Positions 1 to 13,537 of a stretch of 64,000 bases of DNA are shown in pieces. Position numbers and translations under genes: made by a program. Positions within the stretch are counted from its first letter, which is position 1; each line of letters starts with the position of its first letter. Origin of the DNA: Octopus vulgaris (lineage: Eukaryota). The notes beneath the pieces are model-generated. The model saw only the letters and a list, made by a program, of their open reading frames with translations. It was not told the origin of the DNA and did not search any database. Location: assembly GCA_951406725.2 (NCBI GenBank), contig OX597814.1:106826001-106890000 (forward strand), in the 5' to 3' direction.

Positions 1-370
1 CAAGGGTAAAAATAGCGAACGCTAGAGAAATATTTTCTTGGACAAGAGAAAAGATATCAGAGAGAGATAGGATACGTGCTGTCCTTACGACAGTCGCGAA
101 AGGAAAGAAAGAGGATCACATGAGGAAGAGAAAAATGAACAATGGTCACGTGTGAGAAACGAGAGAGTGAAACGGAGAAAGAGGGAGAGAGAAAGAAAGA
201 GAGATAGAAAATGGTGAAGGGGGGAAAAGGGGGATTAGAAAAAGGATGAGAAAGAAAACAGTATAGATTAGAGTCGCATCAAAAAGATAAAGGTAAACAT
301 ACTTGGAAATGGATGCTTGACATTCAATAAAATAATAATATAAATAATATATATATACATGCATGTATGC
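1..370 (-). mobile_element. Dispersed repeat fragment, probably a Penelope-type pseudo-LTR; its end carries the 5' half of a permuted HHR cut by the window edge
   Basis: About 215-365 matches 18541-18700. The reverse complement of 1-47 (TCTTGTCCAAGA...AGCGTTCGCTATTTTTACCCTTG) aligns with 14469-14502. Confidence 0.5.
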
Positions 371-434
<64 letters not shown>

Positions 435-519
435 GTATATATATATATATATATATACAAATTAGTAAATAAATGGCACAACTACTTTTTACTGGAAGAC
501 AATACTTTGTATTGCATTA

Positions 520-564
<45 letters not shown>

Positions 565-569
<5 letters not shown>

Positions 570-770
570 ATCCAAACAAGAAAGCACTAAAAAACACAAC
601 AACGCGAGGACGTGGAACAAATATAGTATTATTGGACGCTCAGGAAAGAAGGAAAGAAGGAGGGTTTAACGTTTTGAGCGGAGCTCTTCGTCGGAAACAT
701 AGGGGAGAAGGAAAGATCCAGAGAAGGGAAGACAGAGGAAAAAAATCGCCAACGGTATACACGAGATTAT
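565..770 (-). mobile_element. Short dispersed repeat with a minimal HHR-like motif at 664-698; second copy at 31082-31281
   Basis: Near-identical to 31082-31281 and flanked by (TA)n. Minus strand reads GTTT-CCGACGA-A-GAGC-tcc-GCTC-AAAACGTT-AAAC. Confidence 0.65.
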
Positions 771-790
771 ATATATACATGCATATATGC

Positions 791-925
<135 letters not shown>

Positions 926-994
926 CAGATATAGATATAGTTATAGATCTAGATATAGATATACAGACACACATACACACATGCATATATGGGT

Positions 995-1265
995 TCAGGA
1001 CGTGTGTGGTAAATAGCTTGCTTACCAACCACATGACTCCGGGTTCAGTCCCACTTCGTGGCACATTGGGCAAGTGTCTTCTACTATAGCCCCGAGCCGA
1101 CCAAAGACTGGTGAGTAGATTTGGTAGATGGAAACTGAAAGAAGCTCCTCATATATATAGGATAAGTACTAGGCTTACAAAGAATAAGTCCTGGAGTCGA
1201 TTTCTTCGACTAAAAGGCTGTGCTTCAGCATGGCTGCAGTCAAATGACTGAATCAAATAAAAGAA
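995..1265 (+). mobile_element. tRNA-derived SINE, family A (internally deleted)
   Basis: Head GTGTGGTAA...GGGTTCAGTCCC with A/B boxes; body GGGCAAGTGTCTTCTACTATAGC; tail CAGTCAAATGACTGAA; many copies in the window. Confidence 0.85.
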
Positions 1266-1868
1266 TATATATATAGTTATTTATATACACACACATACAC
1301 ATACACGTGCATATATACATCCATAGACCTATGATGTTCTATGATGCACACGAAACTTTCAACCATTAAGTCACTTCGTGACTTCTTCTGCAGATAAAAT
1401 TATACATATATATATACATATATATATATGTATGTATATATACATACATACATACATACATACATACATACATACATACATACATACATACATGCATACA
1501 TACATCTGTATGTATATATTTATGTATGTAAGTATGTATGTATATTTGTGGCTGTGTGTGGGGGTGTGAAAGAGAGAGGAAGAAAGAAGAAAATTCGAAT
1601 GAGTAAGAGAGAGAGAAGCTGTAAGCAATTGTGGGGATGTGAGAGAGACTAACGTAAGAATATCAGACGAAAGAATATGAATATGAGAGAGAGAAATAGA
1701 AAGAGAAACGGGTAGAGAAGGAGGGATGAGGAAGAGGAGAATGAGGTGAGAAGAGAAAGAGAGAGAAAGTGAGAGAGAGTGCGAGGAATGAGCGAGAGAA
1801 AGAATGTAATGTATGATAGTGGGATTGAATAAGAGGGGCGGCTGTCGGAAATTGTTCTGCGTGCAAGT

Positions 1869-1904
<36 letters not shown>

Positions 1905-2776
1905 TAAGAGAGAGAGAGTAAGAGAGAGACGCACATATACGTACGTACATAGATATTTATGCATACACATATGTGCATATCTGTAAATGTGCGTGTGTGT
2001 GCGTGTGTGTGTGTTTGTGTTTGTGCGTGTGTGTGTGTGTGTGTGTATGCGTGGGTGGGTGTGTATGCGTGGGTGTGGGTGTGTGTGCGTGGGTGTGCGT
2101 GTGCATCATTGTGATTTCGAAATACAAGTTGAAAAATAAGCGGAAAGATGAAAAATAATTGAACAAAATAAGGAAATAAAAAGTGGGAAAGGCGAAGGGT
2201 GGGAGTTTGATGGCGGTTTTCTATAAAAGGCGGGAGAAATGAACAGATGAATCGGCCATAATAGAGACAAAATGGATGCTGAGTGAGATGAGAAGCGAGT
2301 CTAAAGTATTGCCTTACAATGAGTGATGGTAGGAGATGTTAGATATGGAGGGTACGAGGGAAAAAGAGACAAAAATCAATTATTAAAGGGCTTGTAGTGG
2401 TAATAAAGAGAACCGATTATATATTTCCTAACAAACTTGTTGCTAACACTTACTTTGTTGCTGTGGTGAAATAACAGAAAGGTTCGACTTTTCAACCGAA
2501 CAAATTTGCGACACTGTTTCGATTCCATGTTGAAGCAACTTCATCTAAGGCCTTCTCTGTTGTTCGCAAATCGTGAGTCACATGTCTCACGTTCCTCCTT
2601 CCTCCCTCTCTCTCTCTCTTTTTTTTTCTCACTCCATACATATATAGATATATAGATAGAGAGACAGATAGATAGATAGATAGATAAATGTATATGTGTA
2701 TATACATGCATATATATGATGTACACGTGTAAATGCATGCAAACATACATACATAAATACATACATAAATACATAA

Positions 2777-2891
<115 letters not shown>

Positions 2892-3201
2892 AGCCACATT
2901 TAGGTGCCAAATATACTTCATGATGTCGTGCTGCTACTATTTACATTTCGGTCAGAGATTTATTATTACTATGTGTGTGTGTTTGTGTGTGTCTGTGTGT
3001 GTGGCTGTCTGTCTGTCTGTTTGTATATTACATATATATGAATATATACATATATATACTTATCTATGTATGTACATGTATGTATATAGATAATATGCAT
3101 GTATGTATATATATATATATGTATATATATATACATATGTATATGTATTTATATACGCATGCATGTATGTATACATACATATATATATATGCGCATGTAT
3201 G

Positions 3202-3249
<48 letters not shown>

Positions 3250-3571
3250 TATGTGTTTTATTATTTGTACCAATAGCGAAAGTGAGAGAAAGAGCAACAG
3301 AGAGAGTATGCCATACCAATGGACACTTCCTATAGCTAGTTCCACATAACGTTACAGTTCAATGAAGAATTACAAGATCGGATTGGTTACAGATACCATT
3401 TTTTTCTGCCTGTCTTTCTTTCTTGTTTCACTTCCCCTCACTCCTACCCGCTTTCCACCCGAGCTCGCGTCGTACCCCACACTAGACCCTCCACCCCCTA
3501 CCATTTCGTCTTGCTGTAAATTTGTTCCTTTAGCTTTTGTTTTGATAAGTTTTGTAATATACTTACATGCA

Positions 3572-3620
<49 letters not shown>

Positions 3621-3980
3621 ATATATATATGTATATATATATGTATATATATGTATATATAGATGTATGTATATATACATATATATATACATATATATGT
3701 ATATATACATACATATATTTGTATATATACATATATACATATATATATGTGTGTATATATACATAGACTTCTGTACACACAAACAAATAGTAAGACATCT
3801 TGTCATACACATACATATTGGGATTTTCTTATACATATATATGCATAGACACAGACATCGGGGTATACATACATAGACATATACTTGTGCACACAAACAC
3901 ACACACACCTGTGTGTTTCTTTATTTGTGTATGCATGTATGTGTCTATCTATGTATGCAGTATGTATTTATATGCATGTG

Positions 3981-4052
<72 letters not shown>

Positions 4053-4276
4053 GATGGATGGATGGATGGATGGATGGATGGATGTATATACGTGTGTGTG
4101 TTTATGTATCTATATATATACACATATACACACATGAATATATATGTATGAATATATATGTATATGTATATATGTGTGTGTGTATAAATGTATATATATG
4201 CATGGATGTATAGATTTATATGAACATGTATGTTTGTGAATGTATATGTATATACGAAGAGAGAGATAGAGAAAGG

Positions 4277-4338
<62 letters not shown>

Positions 4339-4365
4339 GATAGAGAGAGAGAGATAGGGAGAGAG

Positions 4366-4404
<39 letters not shown>

Positions 4405-5058
4405 AAAAGAGAGAAAGAAAGAAAGAGAGAAAGAAAGAAACAAAGAAAAAAGAAAAAGAAAGAAAGAAAGAAAGAAAAAGAAAGAAAGAAAGAAAGAAAA
4501 AAAGGGGAAATGAAAGAGAGAGAGAGAGATAGAGAGAGACATATATATAGATATTAGTTTTAACGTAAAAATCGCTTCCAATAATTATTTGGTAAAAGTA
4601 AAGAAGCAGAATGATCTTGCGGAACATCGCTGCCAGATTTGATGCTCCGAACACGAGACTTTGATCAATGTTGCGAAGAAAGGAAATTTCAGGAATATTA
4701 TTCCTCTGCAACACAACATTTCAACTGGTTTTCTTGTTGTTGTTGTTGCTACTGCTGTTGCTGTTGTTTTCTTGGTGTTTTTTATGTTATTTTTGTTGTT
4801 TCTGACGCTTTCCTTTTTCTTTTCTTTTTTTCTTTTTGTCATTGCAAATACATGTTGAAATGTTGAGAAAAGAAATTCATTGCTAAAGGTGAGGGGCTGG
4901 GTCATGTACAGTGTGTATATATGTATATGCATATATACATACATACGTACATATGTGTATATATATATGTATACATACATACATACACACACAAATATAT
5001 GTAAGTGTATATGTATAAATATATAGATATATGTGTGCGTGTGTGTGTGTATGTATAC

Positions 5059-5111
<53 letters not shown>

Positions 5112-5199
5112 GAGAGACAGACAGACTGAGAGAAAGAGGGAGAGAAGTAAAGAAAGATAGAGGAGAGAGCGAGAGAGAAATAGACAGACAGACAGACAG

Positions 5200-5299
<100 letters not shown>

Positions 5300-5304
5300 G
5301 GATG

Positions 5305-5406
<102 letters not shown>

Positions 5407-5516
5407 TAGTTATGTCATCTACTTTTTTCTTTTTTCCATTACAGTTTTGTGATAATCAACCCCCGAGATTAGCACCTTAGGCTGTAACCTTTCGAAATAC
5501 CAATATCTTCGTTCGT

Positions 5517-5680
5517 TATTTACGTTATTTACATTATTTACATTATTTACATTCGACGGATATTTGTCCTCATCTTGTTTGTTGTTTGTGTTAACAACAA
5601 ACAAGATGAGGACAAATATCCGTCGAATGTAAATAATGTAAAGAACGTACATAATTCCTCATCTCTTAGATATAGAACTC
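5517..5680 (+). mobile_element. 5'-truncated, inverted insertion of the HHR-SINE tail with a 13-bp TSD
   Basis: TSD TATCTTCGTTCGT at 5504-5516 and 5681-5693. Arms 5517-5586 (minus) and 5587-5680 (plus) match the tails at 20898-20990 and 47973-48067. Confidence 0.85.
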
Positions 5681-5811
5681 TATCTTCGTTCGTGTCTTCT
5701 ATTGTAGCTGTGCGACGACGAATAACTTGATCTAGTTCGCTTTTGTTTTTGTTGTTAGTTTCTTTGTTGTTTTTTTTAGCCCTGGGCTGTCCAAGACCTT
5801 CTATTCTATTT

Positions 5812-6025
5812 GGTGGCCAGCTGGCAGGATTGCTAACACGCCGGAGAAAATGCATGGCGGCATTTCGTTCGGCTTCACGTTCCAAATTCCTATTCTGCCG
5901 AGGTCGGCTTTGCCTTTCATCTTTTCGGCTCGATAAAATAAGTACCAGTTGAATACTGGGGTGGATGTAATCGATTTATGCCCTCCCACTAAATTCCTGG
6001 CCTTATGCCAAATTTTAAAACTCAA
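5812..6025 (+). mobile_element. tRNA-derived SINE, family B
   Basis: GGCCAGCTGGCAGG head and conserved GCCTTTCATCTTTTCGG..CGATAAAATAAGTACCAG core. Confidence 0.8.
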
Positions 6026-6230
6026 TATCTCCAATTTTAGCCAAAGGAAGACTCTAGCTTTTGGATGGCTGAGAACCTTCGTATAGAGTTTTCTACTGTT
6101 GTCTCGGGATGACAAATACCTCGGATTTGTGTCTTTTTTTGGCTTTGCGATGACCAAATCTTTAGATTAACGTCTGGTTGGATGCTTTTTCTTCTATTTG
6201 AGACGTGATGAGAAATACTTTTGTTCATCC

Positions 6231-6485
6231 CAGTGGTTCTCAACAGGGATCTATTATGACCCTTGAGGTTCCACATTAGATTCTGTTGTTAAAAATTGTA
6301 CAGTAAATCGGTTTTACTTCGACACCACACAAAATATTTTAACAAATTTTTTTATACATTTCCTAATATTTAATTTTTAAAATATAATAGAATTTTCGAA
6401 TCAAAGGGCCATGAGGCTCCACCTGAGTAAAACAATAAATCAAAATGGTCCATAGATAAAAAAAAAAAACGGTTGAGAACCACTG
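6231..6485. mobile_element. hAT (Charlie/MER5-like) MITE
   Basis: Terminal inverted repeats CAGTGGTTCTCAAC / GTTGAGAACCACTG; related copy at about 24759-24998. Confidence 0.75.
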
Positions 6486-6583
6486 GCTTAGTGCCTTCTT
6501 TTGTAGCCATGGGAAGACCAATTCCTTCGATTAGTAATTCTAGTCTTAGGATGACGTATGTCTAGATTTATTATATTTATATA

Positions 6584-6955
6584 AGTGGCTGTGTGGTAAG
6601 TAGCTTGGTTACCAACCACATTGTTCCGGGTTCAATCCCACTGCGTGGCACCTTGGGCAAGTGTCTTCTACTATAGACTCAGGCCGACCAAAGTCTTGCG
6701 AGTGGATTTGGTAGACGGAAACTGAAAGAAGCCTGTCGTGTATATGTATATATATGTGTGTGTGTTTGTCCCTCCCCCTCCCCAACATCGCTTGACAACC
6801 AATGCTGGTGTGTTCACGTCCTCGTAACTTTGCGGTTCGGCAAAAAGAGACCGATAGAATAAGTACTAGGCTTACAAAGAATAAGTCCTGGGGTCGATTT
6901 GTTCGACTAAAGGTGGTGATCCAGCATGGCCGCAGTCAAATGACTGAAACGAACA
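6584..6955 (+). mobile_element. tRNA-derived SINE, family A (near full length)
   Basis: Head, body, internal TA/TG microsatellite and tail match 7540-7945 in reverse. Confidence 0.9.
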
Positions 6956-7371
6956 AAAAAAATTGATCCTTTGGTAAGACCGGTACTTTCGATTATTGTC
7001 TCCCTTTAGCTGTGGGATAAGCAGTACTTTGGATTAGGGACTTTGTTGTAGCTTTGGGCAGATCAAGACCTTGGATTAGGATCATTGGGACGACTAAGAC
7101 CCTGAAGTAGTGTCTTCTATTTTTAGCTTTGGAATCACAAATAACTTGGCTTCGTGTCTCCCATTCTAGCATTGTAATGACAAATTCCTTAGTTTCGTAG
7201 CCTTCGAAATACCAAGAATTAACAACATTATACAAGAATTACAAACAAGTGAATGAAAACCAAATGGAAATAAGTTCCCTTCAGGTCACAACACCAACTC
7301 CTGGCATTTGGACTTGTTTGGACATTCAAGCTCACACTGTCTTCATAGTTTCAATTTTCTCTCTCTTTCTC

Positions 7372-7425
<54 letters not shown>

Positions 7426-7539
7426 ACTCACTCCAATGATTCACATAAAAATTCCTTTGGTTTGAGTTCTACCAAAAGTAATATTCAGCACAAATGATAA
7501 TTTCTTTCCAGACACTTTGGTCGAAATCGTTCGCGTTCT

Positions 7540-7945
7540 TTTGTTCTTTTACTTGCTTCAGTCATTTGACTGCGGCCATGCTGGAGCACCGCCTTTAGTC
7601 GAGCAAATTGACCCCAGGACTTATTCTTTGTAAGCCCAGTACTTATTCTATCGGTCTCTTCTGCCAAACGGGCAAAGTTACGAGAACGTAAACACACCAG
7701 CATCGGTTGTCAAGCGATGTGGGGGGGGGGGTACAAACACAGAAACACAAGCATATACACACACACATACACATATATATATATACATATACGATGGGAT
7801 TCTTCCAATTTCCGTCTACCAAATCCACTCACAAGGCTTTGGTCGGCCCGAGGCTATAGAAGAAGACACTTGCCCAAGGTGCCACGCAGTGGGACTGAAC
7901 CCAGAACCATGTGGTTGGTAAGCAAACTTCTTACCACACAGCCAT
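7540..7945 (-). mobile_element. tRNA-derived SINE, family A (near full length)
   Basis: Reverse-complement match to 6584-6955. Confidence 0.9.
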
Positions 7946-7947
7946 TC

Positions 7948-7995
<48 letters not shown>

Positions 7996-8039
7996 TCTTT
8001 TATTCTTTTACTTGTTTCAGTCATTTGACTGCAGCCATG

Positions 8040-8256
8040 TCGGAGCCCTGTTAACAGTGATCAAAAATCTCGAGAAGTACGCGGAAAAAATAGGGGCTGC
8101 AATAAGGGTGGAGCATTGCAGAAAACAGCACTGCTTGGAACCGCTCGAATACGCCGGAAGGTGCTCAAAAAGTAAGACGTGTTACCTTAGTTCACAGGTA
8201 GTGAACAACTGACACCGTAGTACATCTCCAGCATTAGAAGCTGGGCAAAAGGAATA

Positions 8257-8330
<74 letters not shown>

Positions 8331-8365
8331 TGATGATAATAATAATAATAATAATAATAATAATA
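8040..8365 (+). mobile_element. 3' end of an R4/Dong-like RLE non-LTR retrotransposon with a (TAA)n tail
   Basis: Frameshifted peptide GAL..V.KNLEKY.EKIG..IRVEH/LQKTALLGTARI.RKVL, followed by a short UTR and (AAT)n. Confidence 0.7.
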
Positions 8366-8939
8366 TATGAAAATAAAAAAACGAATTGCTAATGAAATTA
8401 TTATTTAATTTCCTATATTCAATCGGTCCGATGGGATTGGTGGGAATAAGTTTAGTGAATATGGAGGAGGAAGAGGGGTGGTGGAGGAGGAGGAGGAGGT
8501 GAAGGAGGAGGAGGTGAAGGAGGAGGAGGTGAAGGAACGATGGTGGCGACGAGAAAGAGAGGAAGGGGCGGTCAAGGAGGAGGAGGGGAGGAAGGGGAGG
8601 AGACGGGGAGGATGAGGATGGAGAGGGGGAAGAAGAAGAAGAAGAAGAAGAAGAAGAGGAGGAGGAAGAGAAAGAGGAGGAGGAGAAAGAGGAGGAAGAG
8701 AAAGAAGTGAAAGAGAAAGAGGAGGAAGAGAAAGAGGAGGAGGAGGAACATGAGGAGGAACATGAAGAGGAACATGAGGAGGAAGAGGAGAATATTGTCA
8801 ATGGCAACGGCGACAGTATTGACAAGAAAACAACAACAAAGCAAAGAGAAAACATCGCCGATTCTGATCAGCAACTTTTTAAAAGAGAGAACCCACCCAT
8901 CACGACCACAATATCAATAATGATGTCACAAGGAACAAT

Positions 8940-9170
8940 GTATATTTCTTTATTGCCCACAGGGGGCTAAACAAAGAGGGGACAAACAAGGACAGACAAA
9001 GGGATTAAGTCGATTACATCGACCCCAGTGCATAACTGGTACTTATTTAATCGACCCTGAAAGGATGAAAGGCAAAGTCGACCACGGCGGAATTCGAACT
9101 CAGAACGTAACGGCAGACGTAATACCGCTAATCATTTCGCCCGGTGTGCTAACGATTCTGCCAGCTCGCC
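8940..9170 (-). mobile_element. tRNA-derived SINE, family B (full length)
   Basis: Reverse match to 53638-53870. Confidence 0.9.
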
Positions 9171-9479
9171 CGCAACAACAACAAGATTAATTAGCAATGG
9201 AAATATTGATGTTTGCTATAAGAGGAAGTATGACGAGGATGAAGGAGTGAGAGAGAGAGAGAGACTAACAGAGTGAGGGAGAAGGAGAGAGAACTGGAAA
9301 AAGTAGAAGGTAAGAGAGATGGAGGAAATGAGAGAGAAGAATGTCAAACGAAAGGTCAAAATGGCGAATCTTCACTCATCATTGTGTCTTGTAACATCAA
9401 ATTTGAATTGATTTTATGAATATACATGTGTATATATGGGTGTGCATTTGTGTGTATACATGTATCTGGATATGTATAT

Positions 9480-9480
9480 C

Positions 9481-9511
<31 letters not shown>

Positions 9512-9940
9512 GGCTCGGCTTTGCGAACGAAGATCAGGAAGGCTGTCCACATCGCGTGCATGCACGCTCATGACTGACAAGTCCGATGCGGGAAAGGCAG
9601 GACCGTGAGCAGTGTCCACAGATGAAGGTAGCATCCGGTGTGGTGTCAGAGGCGGCTCGCGCCTTCCTCCTGCGTCTCTTGCCTTTAAGCGCGTCTTTTC
9701 TTTGTTCCTCAGACTTGCTGACTTCGTTGAAGATCGTGTGGCACCAGACATCACGGTCTCCAGCCAGGTCTGACCAGCATTGGTGGTTAACATGACATGC
9801 TATTAGAGACTTCTTGAGGCAGTCTTTGTATAGCTTCCACGGAGCTCCTCTCACACGGTGGTCGGTGGAGAGTTCGCCAAACAGGGCAATCTTTGGAAGG
9901 CGATGGTTCTCCATTCTGGAGACATGCCCTGCCCATCGGA
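9480..9940 (-). mobile_element. RTE-clade LINE 3' end (decayed RT C-terminus plus C2H2 finger) with an (ATG)n tail
   Basis: ORF 9534-9983 contains RWAGHVSRMENHRLPKIALFGEL and CGHCSRSCLSRIGLVSHERAC. Confidence 0.85.
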
Positions 9941-10017
9941 CACACACACACACACAGTCGAGGGCTCCAGTTGATCCTATCAATGTTCAACATTCCTTCC
10001 TCCCCTTCAACTCTCAA

Positions 10018-10356
10018 ATCGTCCCCAGTACGTAACTGGTACTTAATTTATTGACCCTGGAAGGATGACAGGCAAAGTCGACCTCGGTGGAATTTGAACT
10101 CAGAACGTAAAGAGAGATGAAATAGCTATTTCTATTTCTTTACTACCCACAAGGGGCTAAACACAGAGAGGACAAACAAGGACAGACAAACGGATTAATT
10201 CGATTATATCGTAATTGGAACTTATTTAATCGACCCCGAAAGGATGAAAAGGCAAAGTCGACTTCAGCGGAATTTGAACTCAGAACGTAGCGGCAGATGA
10301 AATACCGCTAAGCATTTCGCCCGACTTGCTAACGTTTCTACCAACTCACCGCCTTA
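10018..10356 (-). mobile_element. Tandem SINE family B (two units)
   Basis: Core AAGGATGAAAGGCAAAGTCGAC repeated at about 10060 and 10240. Confidence 0.85.
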
Positions 10357-10951
10357 CCAACTTTGCATTCCTGACCTCTATAAAATGCTACCATCAAAAT
10401 CTTCTGCTCTTCTTCCAAAGACACCATCGTTAACTGTCTTAATACAAAAATTATTAATGCAGTTTAATACACACCTTATCTAATTCTCTCATTTCACTCA
10501 AGTTATTTAACTACTAAAAGACCAATTCTATTTTTGGCTTTGTATTTTTATTTATTTGGTGCGGATGTCAACCGGGGCTGCAGATTTCCTTCATTTCCCA
10601 GCAGACGACAACTAAAACAACATACACACGTCTTTAGAGCTTTCTGCCAGAGTTCCACTGTTTTTCTTACAGCCATCTGTTCGTGTCACTGCTTCTGTTA
10701 TTTCCCAATCTTCATCGTTGCTTTTTCTCCAAAGACTGTCAGCTGTCATAAACTAACTACTCCAGAACTCCCAGTTTACCATTCCACTTCTGAAGGAAAG
10801 GCCCACACAAGTTGTGGGCAGTGGCAGCCTTTCTTTAAATCACCAAACAGAAGAGGAAGAGGCAACATCAATAAGTGAAATATATATTTCAAAAAATATA
10901 TAAGTAAAAAAATAATCTAAAGAGGAAATAGAAATAAATAAATGACTAATA

Positions 10952-10988
<37 letters not shown>

Positions 10989-11001
10989 TAGATAGACAGA
11001 C

Positions 11002-11076
<75 letters not shown>

Positions 11077-11103
11077 CGGGAAGATAGAAACAGACTGACA
11101 GGT

Positions 11104-11153
<50 letters not shown>

Positions 11154-11459
11154 GCCGAAAGAAAGGAGCAACGTAGATATTGATGGACATATTCTAAGAA
11201 TGTTGCGTCGGTATTGACCGAGATGTCTTCAGATCTGTAGAATATATATTTCTAAGAAACACTTCGTTTCTATCGTCACCAAATCATGGTAGAATATTTT
11301 GTTCCTATATGAGAATTTACTGGAAAGAAAATGGTAAAATGTCAAAGTTGGCTCATATTGCGGTGTTTATTTGCAAGACAACTGGCATCTTAGATTTTGG
11401 TATTTAGTTCCACTTTCGTTCTCGACAACTACGCATACACATTGTTGCAGACGCACATC

Positions 11460-11540
<81 letters not shown>

Positions 11541-11680
11541 CATACATATATACATACATATGTGTGTGTGTGTGTGCATTTACATATAGTTACAGCATAT
11601 ATACGCAATATAGCTATATGCACAGTCACACACACACACACACTCATATTCTGTCTCAACATCAGCAATTTCTTACTACT

Positions 11681-11732
<52 letters not shown>

Positions 11733-12204
11733 TCTCAACAAAGACACACACACACATACACACACATGCATCCACCCAGTCCGCCATTCTATTTTTCTAA
11801 TTCAATATAAATATATATTCCTTCTCAAAGAGATAAACTTTATTGTTGCTCATGTTCTCTACATCTCTCTCTCCTCGTGTGTGAGAGAGTGTGTGTGTGT
11901 GGTGTATGTATGAGTGTGTGCGTGAGAGTGTATGCGTAGTGTGTATGTGTGTGTGTATAAGTGTGTGTGTGAGAGAGTGTGTGTGTGTGAGAGAGTGTGT
12001 GTGTGTGGTGTGCGTATGAGTATGTGTGAGAGTGTGTGTGTGGTGTGTGTGTGTACATGAGTGTGTGTGTGAGAGTGGGTGTGTGTGGTGTGTGTGTGTG
12101 AGAGAGAGAGTGTCTGTGTGTGAGTGTGCGCGAGTGTGTACACATATGTATGTGTGAATATATATATATGTGTGTATGTGTTTATACATGTATATGTGTG
12201 TATG

Positions 12205-12597
<393 letters not shown>

Positions 12598-12659
12598 AAA
12601 TGGGACAAGAATGCAAAACACTCAGAAGACGATACAAAAAACACGGACGGGTCATTCGA

Positions 12660-12735
12660 AGCCTTCAATCTTCAGTCAAGAACCGGATCATCCTCGCAAT
12701 TTCGGCTGATTAATCTTGAGATTGCTCCAATCTGA
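12660..12735 (-). ncRNA. Non-circularly permuted HHR-like motif within repeat 12595-12870
   Basis: GCAAT-C-TCAAGA..AGCC-GAA-ATTGC..TCTTGA-CTGAAGA-ttgaa-GGCT. Confidence 0.6.
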
Positions 12736-13484
12736 CCAACGCCCCAAGGAAAAACTAAGCTAAGAGCATTAGATTTCTTGGAAAAAAGCTTCGAATGTAT
12801 ACGAAACAAGAACGGAAAAACGGACGATGTTACACGAATATAAATACAAAAATAATACGAAAAACGCACACATATATGTATGTGAGCGTTTACGTGTATG
12901 TGTGTATATGTACATATACCTGCACATTGACAATTTTAGTTTATCTAAACAAGATATTTATTCATTAAGAGTGCACAATGACTTGACTGGTAGTCGGTGC
13001 CGCGACTGTACGTCTAGGTTACTTGAATATACAATAAAAATATACCTCAAACATTCCCCATTAAGGAAATAACGGTATATTTGCCATAAATCACCTCGGG
13101 GGACTTCTAAATGTCTCGGTGTCAATACAATTTATTAGTCGCTGTTGAACCAAACTTGTTTAGAGACACGATATATTTTCAACTGTTGATATCACGAATG
13201 CTCGGTTTATGAATCTACCGGGAACGGCCAAAGAAACGAAGTTGTCAATTAATATATCGCCGAGAAATAATACCTGTCTAAGGTCTAATAACTGTGGCCA
13301 TCACCTTTACTTAAAATTCATAATTACCACAGCGCCTCCTTTTGAGTGTCGAGTTCTCAAGCAAGACTTGGAGATATTGTTGCATTAAACAACACACACA
13401 CACACACACACACTTATATATATATATGATGAAAACATAAATCCTAATGGTGAAGCGAGTCCGGAGAGAGCCGAAGCCGAGAGG

Positions 13485-13537
13485 TCTTAACCGATGAGGC
13501 AACGGAAATTGCCGCAACTGGCGCGTCAGTATTAAGA
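13485..13537 (+). ncRNA. Type I HHR-like motif (core variants U4C and A13C) at the tip of a long hairpin (13459-13561)
   Basis: TCTTAA-CCGATGA-GGCAA-cggaaa-TTGCC-GCA-ACTGGCGCGTCAGT-A-TTAAGA. Confidence 0.6.

Larger units (their letters stand above)
5435..7215. repeat. Old degenerate ~42-bp tandem array, interrupted by later insertions
   Basis: Recurrent unit close to TAGCTTTGGGATGACCAAGACCTTGGATTA at about 5704, 5777, 6055, 6099, 6140, 6504, 6541, 6963, 7006, 7048, 7081, 7123 and 7166; adjacent spacings are 33-44 bp. Confidence 0.6.

Noticed and set aside
2500-2555. Minus-strand AGATGA...GAAACAGTGTC as an HHR
   Set aside because: The core is broken and there is no stem I complement.
5435-7215. 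Repeat-plus-variable-linker array as a CRISPR
   Set aside because: Eukaryotic context, highly diverged units, linkers too short and no cas genes.
8460-8800. Acidic E-rich ORF
   Set aside because: It is a (GAG/GAA)n low-complexity tract with no other coding evidence.
12648-12675. Alternative reading CTGANGA-hairpin-GAATGACCC as an ordinary type I/III HHR
   Set aside because: It has GAAT instead of GAAA and no consistent stem III or UH partner across copies. The upstream GAAA is the one with covarying stem III, though the conserved GAATGAC remains unexplained.
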